Positions 51,302 to 62,274 of a DNA stretch of 64,000 bases are shown piece after piece. The notes below the pieces were generated by a model. It was not told the DNA's origin, did not search any database, and worked only from the letters and a program-made list of their open reading frames with translations. This DNA comes from Pelagomonas calceolata. Taxonomy: Eukaryota. A program made the position numbers and the translations under genes. The stretch lies in the NCBI GenBank assembly GCA_918797485.1, contig CAKKNE010000001.1, positions 2,914,001 to 2,978,000 on the forward strand, given 5' to 3'. How positions within the stretch are numbered: position 1 is the first letter of the stretch; the number at the start of each line of letters is the position of its first letter.

Positions 51302-53278
51302 TCACAGCTCGTCGCCGGGAGCGGGCCGCGGCGCGGGGCCCGGCGGCTCGAGGGGCGGCTCCTCCTCCTCCTCCTCCGACGGCGGCTCGGGCACTGGCGC
51401 GCCGCCCGGCGGCCCGCCGACGCCCTTGGCGCGCCGCCGCTCGCGCTCCGCGGCGTCGCGCAGCGCCGCGTCCGCCCGCGCGCGCTGGTCGGCCTCGCGC
51501 CGCGCGGCGACGGCCGCTGCGCGCTCCTTCATCTTCGCCGCCTTCGCCGCGGCCTCGGCGGCCGGCGTGCGCACGGCGTCGGTCTCGGGCTCCGGAGGCG
51601 CCGCCTCGTCGACGGGTTCTGGCTCCGGCGCGACGGGCTCGTCGACGGGCTCCGGCTGCTCGGGCTCCGGCGCGGCGGGCTCGGGGCCGTCGCCGGGCAC
51701 CGGCCGGTCCGGTTCCGGTGCCGGTGCCGCGGCGGCCGCTTCGGCCTCGGCAGCAGCAGCGGCTTCGGCCTCGGCCGCCGCGGCGGCCTCGGCGCGCGCC
51801 GCCTCCTCCGCCGCCGCCGCCGCCTGATCGGCGGCTAATCGCTCGGCATCGACGCGCTCGGCCTCGAGGCGTTCAGCTTCCAACCTTTCAGCCTCCAGGC
51901 GCTCGAGCTCGGCCTTCTCGGCGGCGAGGCGCTCCGCTTCCAGCCGCTCCGCTTCTAGTCTCTCAGCTTCGAGCCGTTCCGCTTCCAAGCGCTCGGCCTC
52001 GAGCCGCTCGGCCTCGAGGCGCTCCGCTTCCAAGCGCTCGGCATCGAGGCGCGCTGCCTCCTCCGCGGCCGCCCGGTCGGCCTCCGCCTGGCGGGCGGCC
52101 TCGGCCGCGGCCTCCTTGCTCGGGTCCGCGCGGCCGCCCCACCACGACCGGCGCGGCGGCGGCGCCGGCGTCGCGTCCTCGGCGGGCTCCGGCTCGGGCT
52201 CGGGCTCGGGCTCCGGTTCCGGTTCCTCCCACTCGGGCACCGGGTCGTCGGCGGGCGGCGGCGGCGGCGGCGGCGCCTCGTCGACGTCGACGGGCGGCGC
52301 CGGCTCGGCGGCGGCCGCGCTCGCCGCCGCGGCCGGCGGCGCGGGGCAGCGGCACGGGTACAGCCGGTCGTATTCGCCGCGCGTCGCCCAGGCGGCGACG
52401 GCGACGGCGGCGAGCACGACGCCGAAGCGAATCTTGGCCCAGCGCGACTCCGACCGCGCCGCGATGGCCCGGACCTCGGCCAGGGCCTCGGCGTGGCGCG
52501 CGCCCTGGCGCTGGAACGCGATGAGGTACGTCCGCTCGACGGCGGCCACGGTCCCGACCTCGCCGAACTTGTGCTCCGTGCCGCCGGCGGCGGCCGCGGG
52601 CGGCGGCGCGCCGTTCGGCGCGTCCGGCGGCGCGGCCTCGAGCCGCGGCGGCGACCGCGGCGGCGCCGGGCGCTGCGGCGACGCGGCCACGAGCGACTGC
52701 ATCATTGCGCGGTTCCGCGCGCGCAGCGACTCGAGCTGCGCGCGCCGCTGCGCGATGAGGCGGTCCACGGCGGCGTCGCCGTACGCGCCGGCGGGCTCGT
52801 CGGCGGCGCCCGGGTAGGGCGCGTCGGCCGGCGCCGCAGGCGCGAAGGGCGCCGGCGCGTCGGCCGCCGGCGCGCCGAACGCCGCGTAGGTCGGCTGCGG
52901 CGGCGCGTCCGCGGGCTCGGGCCGGCCGCCCGGGGAGCGCGGCGGCCCCGCGGCGTCCGACGCGTCGTAGCTCGGCCGCGGCGGCGCGGCGGGCTCGTCG
53001 GCGGCCGGCTCGTCCTTCACCGGCGAGGCGAACGTCGCGTAGCGCGGCGGCGCCTCGCGCGGGGGCGAGCGCGGCGCCTCGTCGTAGCTCGGCCGCGGCG
53101 GCGGCATCTCGTAGCTCGGCTGCGGCGGCGGGCCGCCGGCGGGGTCGCGCCGACCGCCGGGCGAGCGCGGCGGCGGCATCTCGTAGCTCGGCTGCGGCGG
53201 CGGGCCGCCGGCGGGGTCGCGCCCACCGGGCGAGCGCGGCGGCGGCATCTCGTAGCTCGGCTGCGGAGGGCCGTCCAT
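51302..53278 (-). CDS. Pro-rich single-TM protein with (EAERL)n coiled coil and C-terminal GDEL
   Basis: Three N-terminal [12 protein letters not shown] repeats, [15 protein letters not shown], about 12 EAERL-type units. Confidence 0.8.
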   Translation of the reverse strand: MDGPPQPSYEMPPPRSPGGRDPAGGPPPQPSYEMPPPRSPGGRRDPAGGPPPQPSYEMPPPRPSYDEAPRSPPREAPPRYATFASPVKDEPAADEPAAPPRPSYDASDAAGPPRSPGGRPEPADAPPQPTYAAFGAPAADAPAPFAPAAPADAPYPGAADEPAGAYGDAAVDRLIAQRRAQLESLRARNRAMMQSLVAASPQRPAPPRSPPRLEAAPPDAPNGAPPPAAAAGGTEHKFGEVGTVAAVERTYLIAFQRQGARHAEALAEVRAIAARSESRWAKIRFGVVLAAVAVAAWATRGEYDRLYPCRCPAPPAAAASAAAAEPAPPVDVDEAPPPPPPPADDPVPEWEEPEPEPEPEPEPEPAEDATPAPPPRRSWWGGRADPSKEAAAEAARQAEADRAAAEEAARLDAERLEAERLEAERLEAERLEAERLEAERLEAERLEAERLAAEKAELERLEAERLEAERLEAERVDAERLAADQAAAAAEEAARAEAAAAAEAEAAAAAEAEAAAAAPAPEPDRPVPGDGPEPAAPEPEQPEPVDEPVAPEPEPVDEAAPPEPETDAVRTPAAEAAAKAAKMKERAAAVAARREADQRARADAALRDAAERERRRAKGVGGPPGGAPVPEPPSEEEEEEPPLEPPGPAPRPAPGDEL

Positions 53279-53575
53279 CGTGGCTCAGCAGAGGACAATA
53301 ATATTGCCTTATCAAGCTCTCGTGCGCAAACGCAAGCCACAGCGAACAATTGTATGTGGACTACTATTGCAAATAAAACACTGCCGATGCTGCAGCATGG
53401 ACCAGCTCCACCCTCGCCGCGATTACTTTTGTGCTTTCTAGTGTCTTACATCGCTAGTTCACGATGCGGCGTCTCGCGAGTGCGGCGTTCGCTCGCGATT
53501 AATCCGACCGAACCCGTTCTGTACAGATGGCGGCTGGACGCGCAGACCGAAGATGATGTCAACAAGGTCTCAAAG

Positions 53576-54148
53576 ATGCATTTGATTGATAACTGCTCCC
53601 ATTTCACACTGAGCCAACATCGGAGGGCGGTCCTCCTTGGCGAGTCCGGTGTCGTGGTAAGTTTTAGTAGAACATTTAGTTACCCTTTTCACAATAATTT
53701 GACGATCACATTTGAGGATGAAAATGGAGCGAGTGTCGACTTCCACGCCTGGTGTGCCCGTCGCCCGCTCTGGCCGCTTGAATATGGCCTAAATAATGCA
53801 AAGGAGTGGCGCCTTTATGCAAAGGAGTGGACGTGTATGGGCAAAGATAATTATAGCGTCGATGAAACCGTAGTATTCCACCAACTTCGCTTCACCGTGA
53901 GCAGCATCGGCAGGGAAAACCACGGTTTCATCATCAAGGTGTATGCGAAACAGACGTATGCCAGGGCGCAGTATGCAAGGTCGCAGCGAAATGAGCTTTT
54001 CGTTCTCCGCGCTCTCGTCTCTCGCCGCCGGGCGAAGGCAACGTCGCGGACGGCGCCGTGGTTAAAGTGGCTCCTCGGTGCCGGATCGCTCGCCCTCCCC
54101 GATGAGCTCGCGCGGCAGGTTCTCGGCTTCTGGCGGCCGACCGAGTAG
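53576..54148 (+). CDS. Hypothetical low-GC protein with C-terminal F-box-like LPDEL motif
   Basis: Open frame with complex sequence ending LPDELARQVLGFW. Start uncertain (may be about 53390-53500). Confidence 0.5.
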   Translation: MHLIDNCSHFTLSQHRRAVLLGESGVVVSFSRTFSYPFHNNLTITFEDENGASVDFHAWCARRPLWPLEYGLNNAKEWRLYAKEWTCMGKDNYSVDETVVFHQLRFTVSSIGRENHGFIIKVYAKQTYARAQYARSQRNELFVLRALVSRRRAKATSRTAPWLKWLLGAGSLALPDELARQVLGFWRPTE

Positions 54149-54206
54149 AAGTAACGAAACATGAATGAACGTCCCCCTCCCTCAGTGAATGAACGTGGCA
54201 GAAACA

Positions 54207-55886
54207 CTACTCACCCCTCGCAAACAGCGCGGCGCGCGCGCGCTCGCCGACGCACGGCGCCGCCGCGTTCACGCGCGCCGTCACGCCGGAGTCGCACGCC
54301 GCGCGGTCGCGCGCGGACGCGCCGTGCTGGCAGGCGAGCAGCTCTAGGAGCGCCTCCCGCAGGCCCCGCAGCGCGCAGGCCGCGTCCGCGTGCGCGGCGA
54401 CGTTCCGGCGCTCGAACGCGTCGAAGTCGTCCTCGATGGTCTCGGGGAGCGCGTAGAGCTCCGTCGCGATCGGTGTAGAGACGCGGCCGCGCGGCGGCCC
54501 GCCCTCAAAAATAGGCGCGCCCGGGTCGCGCTCCCAGCGGTACCACTCCGTGAACCGCCAGCCGGGGACACGCAGCGAGTAGCCCATCACCGGTATATCC
54601 TTGGCGCTCAGGCGCTTGCAGTTCGCGTCCCACATCTTGCTCCAGTCCCGCGGGCAGCGCGGGTACTGCGTCAGGCTGAAATTTCGTATTTGCGAGCGAG
54701 TATCGCGGAGGACGGGCACCAGGGAAGACCCCTGGACGTCCTCCGGGACCTTTGACAAGTGCGCCAGGTCGGCGAGCGTCCGGTAGATGTCAATTAACTC
54801 AACGGGGGCTCGAGTCCGTCCCGGTTTGATACCCGGCGCCCGGATCACGAACGGCACGCGCGCCGAATGTTCAAATAACGTATGCTTCGTCCAGGACGCC
54901 TGCTCGCCCAGATGGAAGCCGTGGTCCGAGCTCAACAACACAATTGTATCCTCCTTCCCTCCACGAGCGTCGAGCGCGTCCAACACTTCCCCCGACAACT
55001 GGTCGACCCACGACACGCACGCCATGTACCCGCGCACCAAGTCCCGCTGCATTTGGACAGGCAGAGGCCGATTGATCATAACCTTCTTCGTCCCGTATTC
55101 ACGGGTGGTCATCGTGTGGCACCCTTCGTTCGCCCACGCGACGTCTGGCATGTCCACGGGCACCTGCCTCGTTCTTCTAGGTGCTCTTATGTTCGACGTT
55201 CCGTACAAGTCGTAAAATCTTTTGGGGACGTGCCAGCGCAGGTGCGGCCGGTAGAGGCCACACGCGACGAAGAACGGTTTTTTTTTTGTTCGGGCAATTG
55301 ACATGGCCTCGATACTATAATCCGCCGTCCGCCGGTCCATGAAGTCCACGTCGGGACCCTCCGTCGGGCAGACGTCCAGGAACTTGTTTGATTGAGGATG
55401 GCGCTCCGCGCACCGCGTCAGGTTCTTCGTTAAATGTAAATAGGGCATCTCGCCCGACCAGCTCCTTCCTTCGTCGTACATCGGCGGCTTGCCCGGCTGG
55501 TAGGTCTTGCCCGCGCCCAGCGTCACGTAGCCCTTGCTCCGGAAGAACTCGGGCAGCGCGATCGCGTCAGGCGTCGTCGACCGGAAGTGGTCCACGAAGT
55601 TGTACACTCTCAACGAGTCGGGCCGCCGGCCCGTCATGAACGAGTTGCGCGACGGCGCGCAGACGCTCAGCTGGCAGTAGGCCCGCTCGAAGACCACGCC
55701 CTCGCGCGCGAGCGCGTCGAGGCGCGGCGTCTGCGTCTCGCGCTGGCCGTAGGCGCCGAGCTGCGGCCGCAGGTCGTCGACGAGCAGCCAGAGCACGTTG
55801 ACGGGCTTCTTTTTTTGCTTCTTCTTGCTGCTGGCCGCAGCGGCGGCCGCGCCGAGCAGCACGGCCAAAGAGGTGCTCCGCCTCAT
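54207..55886 (-). CDS. Formylglycine-dependent sulfatase, iduronate-2-sulfatase-like
   Basis: NVLWLLVDDLRP, CAPSRNSFMTGR, GLYRPHL, SSDHGFHLGE; signal peptide. Confidence 0.93.
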   Translation of the reverse strand: MRRSTSLAVLLGAAAAAASSKKKQKKKPVNVLWLLVDDLRPQLGAYGQRETQTPRLDALAREGVVFERAYCQLSVCAPSRNSFMTGRRPDSLRVYNFVDHFRSTTPDAIALPEFFRSKGYVTLGAGKTYQPGKPPMYDEGRSWSGEMPYLHLTKNLTRCAERHPQSNKFLDVCPTEGPDVDFMDRRTADYSIEAMSIARTKKKPFFVACGLYRPHLRWHVPKRFYDLYGTSNIRAPRRTRQVPVDMPDVAWANEGCHTMTTREYGTKKVMINRPLPVQMQRDLVRGYMACVSWVDQLSGEVLDALDARGGKEDTIVLLSSDHGFHLGEQASWTKHTLFEHSARVPFVIRAPGIKPGRTRAPVELIDIYRTLADLAHLSKVPEDVQGSSLVPVLRDTRSQIRNFSLTQYPRCPRDWSKMWDANCKRLSAKDIPVMGYSLRVPGWRFTEWYRWERDPGAPIFEGGPPRGRVSTPIATELYALPETIEDDFDAFERRNVAAHADAACALRGLREALLELLACQHGASARDRAACDSGVTARVNAAAPCVGERARAALFARGE

Positions 55887-56256
55887 GGCCGCCGCGACTT
55901 GCGGATGCTTCGCGTATTTATCGTGGCATTTTGCAATTGTCCACAGAGCTGTGCATGCGTATATATGCGAGCAGCACCACCCAAAAAAAAATTGACGAAA
56001 ACCCGCCAGTTGCGCAGTGTTTGCTGCACTCGTGCCATACGGCCCGCCTGGCTCCGCTGTTTGCACAGAAAACTTAGCGAGGAGAGCCTGGCACACGGTG
56101 TATCCGTACGCATTGGAAAAAATTGCACGCTTAGCGCGGTTCAGAGACAACCTACAGCAGTGAGAGCATTTTGCCTCAACCTCGGTGCTCAGCGTCAGAA
56201 AGCATCAACGACTGCTTGCACGTCACGCACGTAGCCGCTAGCAAGTATACGCAGCA

Positions 56257-56814
56257 ATGCCGACCCGTCTACTGCTCGCCCTTGCCGCGGTGCAAGCCTT
56301 GCGGCACGCGCCTTGCCGGCCGGCGCCCACGCCGCGCCGGCCGGCGCCCGCGCCGTGCCGGCCGGCGCCCGCGCCCGCGGCCGTCGGCCGCCGCGCGGCG
56401 CTCGCGGCATCATTGATGATCCTGCCGCGCAAAACACACGCCGAGGAGGCGAAGAACGAGGTCGTCCCCGGCAGCGACGAGTTCCTCGCGGCGGCCGGCC
56501 TCAAGAAGAAGACGGTCCTGAACGCCGACGGCGAGTACTTCGACGAGGCGAAGGAGGCCGGCAGCTGGCAGGATGCCTGGGCCCAGCGCGCCGCCAAGGC
56601 GTCGAAGATGTCCGGCGACGACATCCTGAACGCCGCGCGCGGCGCGGGCAACGTCGACGCGAGCCAGCCGGAGTCGGCGAAGGCCCGGAAGCGGCGCGCG
56701 GTCGCGGCCTGCCGGACGGACGCGGTGCGCGAGCGCATGGCCGCGGGGACCGCGGGCGAGTGCCTCGAGCGCGCGCTCGCCGGCGAGACGGACTTCGTGC
56801 TGGGTAAGTCCTGA
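56257..56814 (+). CDS. Putative thylakoid-lumen protein
   Basis: Signal peptide, transit peptide, then twin-Arg motif GRRAALAASLMILPRKTHA-E. Confidence 0.7.
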   Translation: MPTRLLLALAAVQALRHAPCRPAPTPRRPAPAPCRPAPAPAAVGRRAALAASLMILPRKTHAEEAKNEVVPGSDEFLAAAGLKKKTVLNADGEYFDEAKEAGSWQDAWAQRAAKASKMSGDDILNAARGAGNVDASQPESAKARKRRAVAACRTDAVRERMAAGTAGECLERALAGETDFVLGKS

Positions 56815-56917
56815 CTCATGATGTGAGAGAATCAGAGAGATCATTGTGAGAGGCTGAAAACTTGAAACCCGTCTCGTAGGCGGTCTCAACGCGGCAGGAT
56901 AAAATATTCGGACCTAG

Positions 56918-58108
56918 TTAGCATATCGCCCCCGCCAATAACCTCCTGTCGCCCTCGGGGAGCCGCGCGGCCGCCGCCGCGAGCGCGCGCCAGCCCTCGG
57001 GCTCGGCGATGAACGTCTTGTGGTAGACGTAGACGAAGAGCGCCATGATGAACTCGCAGTCCACGCGATCCGTGACGCCGCCGTGGCCCGGGATCAGCGA
57101 GTCGAAGTCCTTCACCTCGTACGCGCGCTTGATCGCCGACGCGAGGAAGCCGCCGAACGGCGCGACGACCGACGCGAACAGCCCGAAGACCACGGCGTGG
57201 AGCTGGATCGGGCTCACGTCACGTAACGTGACGAAACCGAGCTTCATCTCGCTCCGCGTCCGGAACACGGCCGCGGGCTCGCACGCGAGCGGCTCGTGGA
57301 ACCGTAACGTCAGGGACGTGGCCGGGCAGCTCAGCCACCTGCTCCTCGCGAAGAGGGGCGCCGTGTAGAACGCGACGACGATCGTCGACACCAGCGCGCC
57401 CACGAAGCCCTCCCACGTTTTCTTCGGCGAGAGCGAGAAGAACGGCTGCGTGATGAACCGCCTCCCCAGTAACGCCCCCCAGGCATAGGCCCAGCAGTCG
57501 TTGTGCACGACGAGCCAGACGGGGAAGAAGAACCAAAAGAGCCCCTCGAAGATGTTGTGCGCGACGAACTTCATCTGCCCCACGACGATACACAGCGTCA
57601 CGATGGTCCAGCTTAATTGACCGACCTGATATCTGACAGCATCCACCCGCAGCGTGTAGACCGATAAGGTGAAAACCACACAATATAGGAAGAACGAGAT
57701 CGCCTCCCAGTACCGCGAGAAGGGCTGCGTGAGTTTATGCTGCGTGTGGTTCTGGAGGGCAAACTCATGCACAAAGTCCGCATAAACATAAAACTGGGCC
57801 GCGTAGAACCAGCCCCACTGTAAGGTACGAAACAAGGGCATCGCCTTCTCGGTGTCCTTCTTGTAGTCCTGGTACCTCACATTAAGTAATTCCCGGAAAC
57901 TCAAAACTTGGAGCATCAATATCAATAACCACACATAAAAGTGGCCCGCCCACAGGATACATAAGAAGCAGACCATCATCGCGAGCGCCGCTTTTGCTCT
58001 TGTGGCAAAGGACCGCCAGAAGCCCGGCTGCGTCACGGCCGGCGGCGGCCGCGGCGGCTTTTCGGGCGCGGCTTTACCAGAGGCGCTGCTGCGCCGCGTC
58101 GCGACCAT
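56918..58108 (-). CDS. CDS1: Phosphatidate cytidylyltransferase (CDP-DAG synthase)
   Basis: LSPKKTWEGF, APFGGFLASAIKRA, KDFDSLIPGHGGVTDRVDC. Confidence 0.95.
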   Translation of the reverse strand: MVATRRSSASGKAAPEKPPRPPPAVTQPGFWRSFATRAKAALAMMVCFLCILWAGHFYVWLLILMLQVLSFRELLNVRYQDYKKDTEKAMPLFRTLQWGWFYAAQFYVYADFVHEFALQNHTQHKLTQPFSRYWEAISFFLYCVVFTLSVYTLRVDAVRYQVGQLSWTIVTLCIVVGQMKFVAHNIFEGLFWFFFPVWLVVHNDCWAYAWGALLGRRFITQPFFSLSPKKTWEGFVGALVSTIVVAFYTAPLFARSRWLSCPATSLTLRFHEPLACEPAAVFRTRSEMKLGFVTLRDVSPIQLHAVVFGLFASVVAPFGGFLASAIKRAYEVKDFDSLIPGHGGVTDRVDCEFIMALFVYVYHKTFIAEPEGWRALAAAAARLPEGDRRLLAGAIC

Positions 58109-58552
58109 GGTGCAAGGCCAAGTCCTCTGCTATGGGTGAAGCTCGCCGGGAGGCGCCGGGCGCGACGTGCGGCGCCCCGTGGCAGCGCTGGGCCGGGACG
58201 TTGCAAGGCTGCTCTAATTGCGTGTCAACGGGCTTGCAACTGCTCGTTCCTGGGCCGCTGCTGCGTACGTGTGACGGGATAGCGTGTAAGACACTAGCAA
58301 GCACGGCGACGAACCTCGTCGTCCCCTGTGCACGTCAGTGCACGTCAGAGGTTCCTCGGTGACCCCTTTCAACACAGCGCTGCGGTGCTGCATCCTGCGA
58401 CGCGTCTAAATGCCCCACGCCCACGCCATCGGGCTAGGCTACAGCGGGCCGACGCGCCGATGGCGCAACGACGGACGGCCATCCGCAGGGCGGTGATCTA
58501 TTCTTATCGCTGCGACGTCCACCAAAAAAACTAAGGGGCGCCCGGCCAAAAA

Positions 58553-59956
58553 ATGCCGCCCGCGCGGGCCGCCGACGAGGCGCACCTCTCCTGGATCCTG
58601 CCCGTGCTCTTCCTCGAGTTTTTGGCGATTGCCATCACCAAATCATTACTTCCGGAGAGGCTGAACGCCTTCTTCGGCGATAACGTCTACGTGTGGCTCG
58701 GCGCGGGCGAGACCGCGAAAGGTTTTTTGGCTTTTTTAGCATGCCCCATGATGGGGCGGCTGAGCGATTCTACGGGAAGACGACCCTGCCTGCTGTTCAC
58801 GATACTAGGAACGACGGCGCCCTGCTGGGTCCTGGCTTTCACGGACAACTTGATCATCTACATCGTCGCCTTGGCGGCGTCGGGCGCGGCCGCGGCGACG
58901 TTCACGCTCGTCTTCGCCTACATATCGGACGTCACGCCGCCGTCGGACCGAGCGGCGGCCTACGGGTCGGCCTTGGCGACCCTGGGCCTCTCGTTCACCG
59001 TCGGGCCGCCCCTTGGCGCGTTACTATCAAGACGCGTCGGCGACCGGCGCGTCTTCCTCGTGGCTCTAGCTATCGCGTTGTTCGACACATTTCTGGTCGG
59101 GGCCGCGCTGCCCGAGAGCCTGCCCCCTGCGAAGAGACATCACAAACCTATGTGGGACCCGCGGCGGACGTTCCAATTACTAGAGAAGGACTTGTACCTG
59201 CGACGCGTCGCGGGCGTCGTGTTGTGCTACTATTCGGGTGTCTGGGCCCTAGTGACAACATTAGTAGTGTACGCGGTGCGCGTGTTCGGATTGAGTACGG
59301 TGCAGGTGGGCTACTTACTAAGTCTCTACGGGCTGTGCACCATGGTGGCCGAATCCGTGATTGTGAGGTACGCCGTGCCTCTATTGGGCGAGCTCCCGAC
59401 GGCGCGTTTGGGTCTGCTGGCGTTCGCGGCGCAATGTTGCATCGTGGCGGGCGCGACGTCACCAGAACCGCTCTTCGCCTCGGTGGCGCTTTCATTAGTT
59501 TCTAACCTCGTATATCCCGCGCTCTCGGCCCTCGTCGCGCGGCGCGCGGAGGCGACGGAGGTGGGCGAGGCCCTCGGCGCGCTGAACGGCGTCAAGGCCC
59601 TCACGGAGGGCGTCGGGCCCCTCGGTTTTGGCCTGGTCATGGTCGAGTTCGAGCGGACGGCCCTGCCGGGCCTGCCCTACCTGGCGTGCGCGGCCCTGGC
59701 GCTCCTCGCGTGGGCGCTCTCGCACCGGCTGCCCGATTTACAAAAGGACGAGGACGAGGGCGACGAGGAGCTCGTCGGGCTCCTCGCGGCGGACGACGGC
59801 GGCGTGGCGGCGGAGGACGCGGCGGCGATGGAGAAGCGGCGGCTCAAGGCGCTCGTCGCGGGCTACGCGCCGCCGCTGACGCTCTCCCCGGCGGCCTTCG
59901 CGGCGGGCGGTAGTAGTAGTAGCGCGCCGGAGCGGGAGGTGCCCCCTGCTGCCTAA
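58553..59956 (+). CDS. MFS transporter, MFSD14/HIAT1 (TetA-like)
   Basis: Motif A GRLSDSTGRRP, FAYISD, GPPLG; about 12 TMs. Confidence 0.9.
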   Translation: MPPARAADEAHLSWILPVLFLEFLAIAITKSLLPERLNAFFGDNVYVWLGAGETAKGFLAFLACPMMGRLSDSTGRRPCLLFTILGTTAPCWVLAFTDNLIIYIVALAASGAAAATFTLVFAYISDVTPPSDRAAAYGSALATLGLSFTVGPPLGALLSRRVGDRRVFLVALAIALFDTFLVGAALPESLPPAKRHHKPMWDPRRTFQLLEKDLYLRRVAGVVLCYYSGVWALVTTLVVYAVRVFGLSTVQVGYLLSLYGLCTMVAESVIVRYAVPLLGELPTARLGLLAFAAQCCIVAGATSPEPLFASVALSLVSNLVYPALSALVARRAEATEVGEALGALNGVKALTEGVGPLGFGLVMVEFERTALPGLPYLACAALALLAWALSHRLPDLQKDEDEGDEELVGLLAADDGGVAAEDAAAMEKRRLKALVAGYAPPLTLSPAAFAAGGSSSSAPEREVPPAA

Positions 59957-60351
59957 TATTTGTGGTTGTTAATTAAATTTCGTCGTGACTCTCGTGTTGC
60001 GGCCTGTCGAGCGCGATGCTCGCGACTAGATTTTCCGCCGCATCGCGAATCAGCAGGTGCTCGCCGTGCTGGAGGCGCCAGCCCTCGGCGCCGCCAGGCG
60101 GCACCTGCCGCGGTGGCGCGAGGGCGTGCGTGACGCCGAACGCCTCCTGCATGCGGTTCCGGAGCGCGAGCGCGGTATGCCACTGTCTGTGTCGGATGAA
60201 AAAGGGCTTTAACTAGTGACTAGTGGTGTGAGGCACTAGAATTCAGGTGAGAGCGGAAAATACCCTGTCTTCTTGTCCCAAGCAGGGATGCATGCCCTAC
60301 GCGGAGGCCTACAGCTGGGTGCGCGCCGTCCCAGCTTAGAAATAAATTACA

Positions 60352-60684
60352 TTACTCGTTCCACCGGTGGCCGCATTTCTTGTCGCAGCACCGGTAGAAG
60401 ATCGTCATGGGCTCGTCGGCGGACCGGATCTGCAGCTGCTTGAAGAACGCCTCGCCGTGGCCGCAGGCCGGGCACCGCACGCTCGTGCGGTCCTGGCCGT
60501 CGTCGTCGGCGCCGATGATGTCCTCCACGGCCTTCTTCCGCGTCGGCACGTCGACCTTGCGCTTCCGCCGCGGCCGGTGCACGTACGGGCAGAGCGGGCA
60601 GAAGAACTGGAGCCGCGCGACGGGCGTGCCCTTGTCCTCGACGTGCACCTGCAGCAACGTCCCGTCGTGCGGGCAGAACTGCAT
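60352..60684 (-). CDS. POLR3K: RNA polymerase III subunit RPC10 (C11)
   Basis: MQFCP, CPLCPY, CPACGH, QLQIRSADEPMTIFYRC. Confidence 0.93.
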   Translation of the reverse strand: MQFCPHDGTLLQVHVEDKGTPVARLQFFCPLCPYVHRPRRKRKVDVPTRKKAVEDIIGADDDGQDRTSVRCPACGHGEAFFKQLQIRSADEPMTIFYRCCDKKCGHRWNE

Positions 60685-61342
60685 GGCGCGCGCGGCCGCC
60701 TGAGCGGCGGCTCGCTCGCGCGGCTCCGGCCGCTCTCGCGCCGCGCCCCGCGCGTCGGGCGCGGCCGCGCGTCACGCTGTTTTTTCGCGTCGCGCAGCCT
60801 ACGGTCGCCGTGCCACGCGCCGCGGAGGCGCACCGCTGCGTCCTGCACCGCTCCGGGCGCACCGCTGCTTGCTGACCCTGGGTGCCGCTACCTAGAAATC
60901 AGTGCACCGAGGGCCGTTTCGCTCGCTCGCAACGCACGAATGCGCACGCGACGCGCAGATGACTTCTGCCGATGACTTCTGCGGTACCAAATGCTATGTC
61001 TCGCAAAGCACAGCGGGGGCCCAAGCCTTAGAGCTAGATGATAGACACTAGACTCAAGACAACTAACCCCTGCCGGATCGTCTCTACGGAAAAAGAACAC
61101 CGCCCACCCGTCCAAAGAGAGTCGGGCAAAAACCAGGCGGCCGGCAGGAGTGCGGGGCGCGGGCCGGCGCCATCCTTAATTCCCGGCCGGCGCGCGCGAA
61201 CCCGGGTCGGGCGCAAGAAGCCACGCGGCGGGACCGACCGGCCGGGCGCGAAGCCACGAACGCAGCCCCGCGCGCGACGCCCCAGCCCAAGCCAACCAAG
61301 GAGCAGGACAGCACTGCAGCCGGGGGCGCCCCCGACTAAACC

Positions 61343-62137
61343 ATGTCCGGCTGCGCCTGCATCGAGTGCGTCCAGCAGAGCGACGCCGCCGTCGTGGAGA
61401 GGTGGGGCGGCTTCAGCCACACGCTGGGCCCGGGCATGAACTTCGTGCTGTGGCCCGTGTACCAGGTCGCCGGCACGCTCTCCCTGAAAGTGCAGCAGCT
61501 CGAGGTCAAGTGCGAGACGAAGACCCTGGACAACGTGTTCATCGAGGTCATCGTCGCGATCCAGTACAACGTGCTCCAGGAGAAAGTGCGCGAGGCGTTC
61601 TACGAGCTCACGAACCCGCGGCGCCAGATCACGGCCTACGTGTACGACGTCGTGCGCTCGACGCTGCCGCGGAATACGTTGGATAGGGCCTTCGAGTCGA
61701 AAGAAGAGATCGCCGTCGCCATCAAGAAGTCGCTGTCCGCGACGATGCACCGCTTCGGCTACCTCATCGTGAACGCGCTGGTCACGGACATGACGCCGGA
61801 CTCGCGCGTCCGCGCGGCGATGAACGAGATCAACGCGTCGAAGCGCTTGAAAGAGGCGTCGGCCGAGAAGGCCGAGGGCGACAAGGTTCTGGTGGTCAAG
61901 TCCGCCGAGGCCGAGGCCGAGTCGAAGTATTTGTCGGGCGTCGGCGTCGCGCGGCAGAGAAAAGCTATCGTGGACGGCCTCAAGGGCAGCATCGCGGGGT
62001 TCACGTCGAACATCACGGGCACGTCGCCCAAGGACGTCGTGGACCTGCTGCTGATCACGCAGTACTTCGACATGCTCCGCGACATCGGGTCGCGGCCCGA
62101 GTGCTCCACGGTCTACATCCCCGAGGAGGACGAGTAA
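61343..62137 (+). CDS. SPFH/band-7 protein, HIR-like
   Basis: CETKTLDNVF, AYVYDVVRS, AMNEINA, AEAESKYLSGVGVARQRKAIVDGL, LITQYFDML. Confidence 0.93.
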   Translation: MSGCACIECVQQSDAAVVERWGGFSHTLGPGMNFVLWPVYQVAGTLSLKVQQLEVKCETKTLDNVFIEVIVAIQYNVLQEKVREAFYELTNPRRQITAYVYDVVRSTLPRNTLDRAFESKEEIAVAIKKSLSATMHRFGYLIVNALVTDMTPDSRVRAAMNEINASKRLKEASAEKAEGDKVLVVKSAEAEAESKYLSGVGVARQRKAIVDGLKGSIAGFTSNITGTSPKDVVDLLLITQYFDMLRDIGSRPECSTVYIPEEDE

Positions 62138-62274
62138 TTTTCTCAGTTAAGTTAATCATATCCCGTCGACGGGATAGTTATAGTACGGCGCTCTCCCCAA
62201 GGAGGTCGTCACGAGAGACTCCTGAAGGCGGCGGCGGTGTACACAACAGCAGGGACAGGCAGGCGGGCGAAAGA

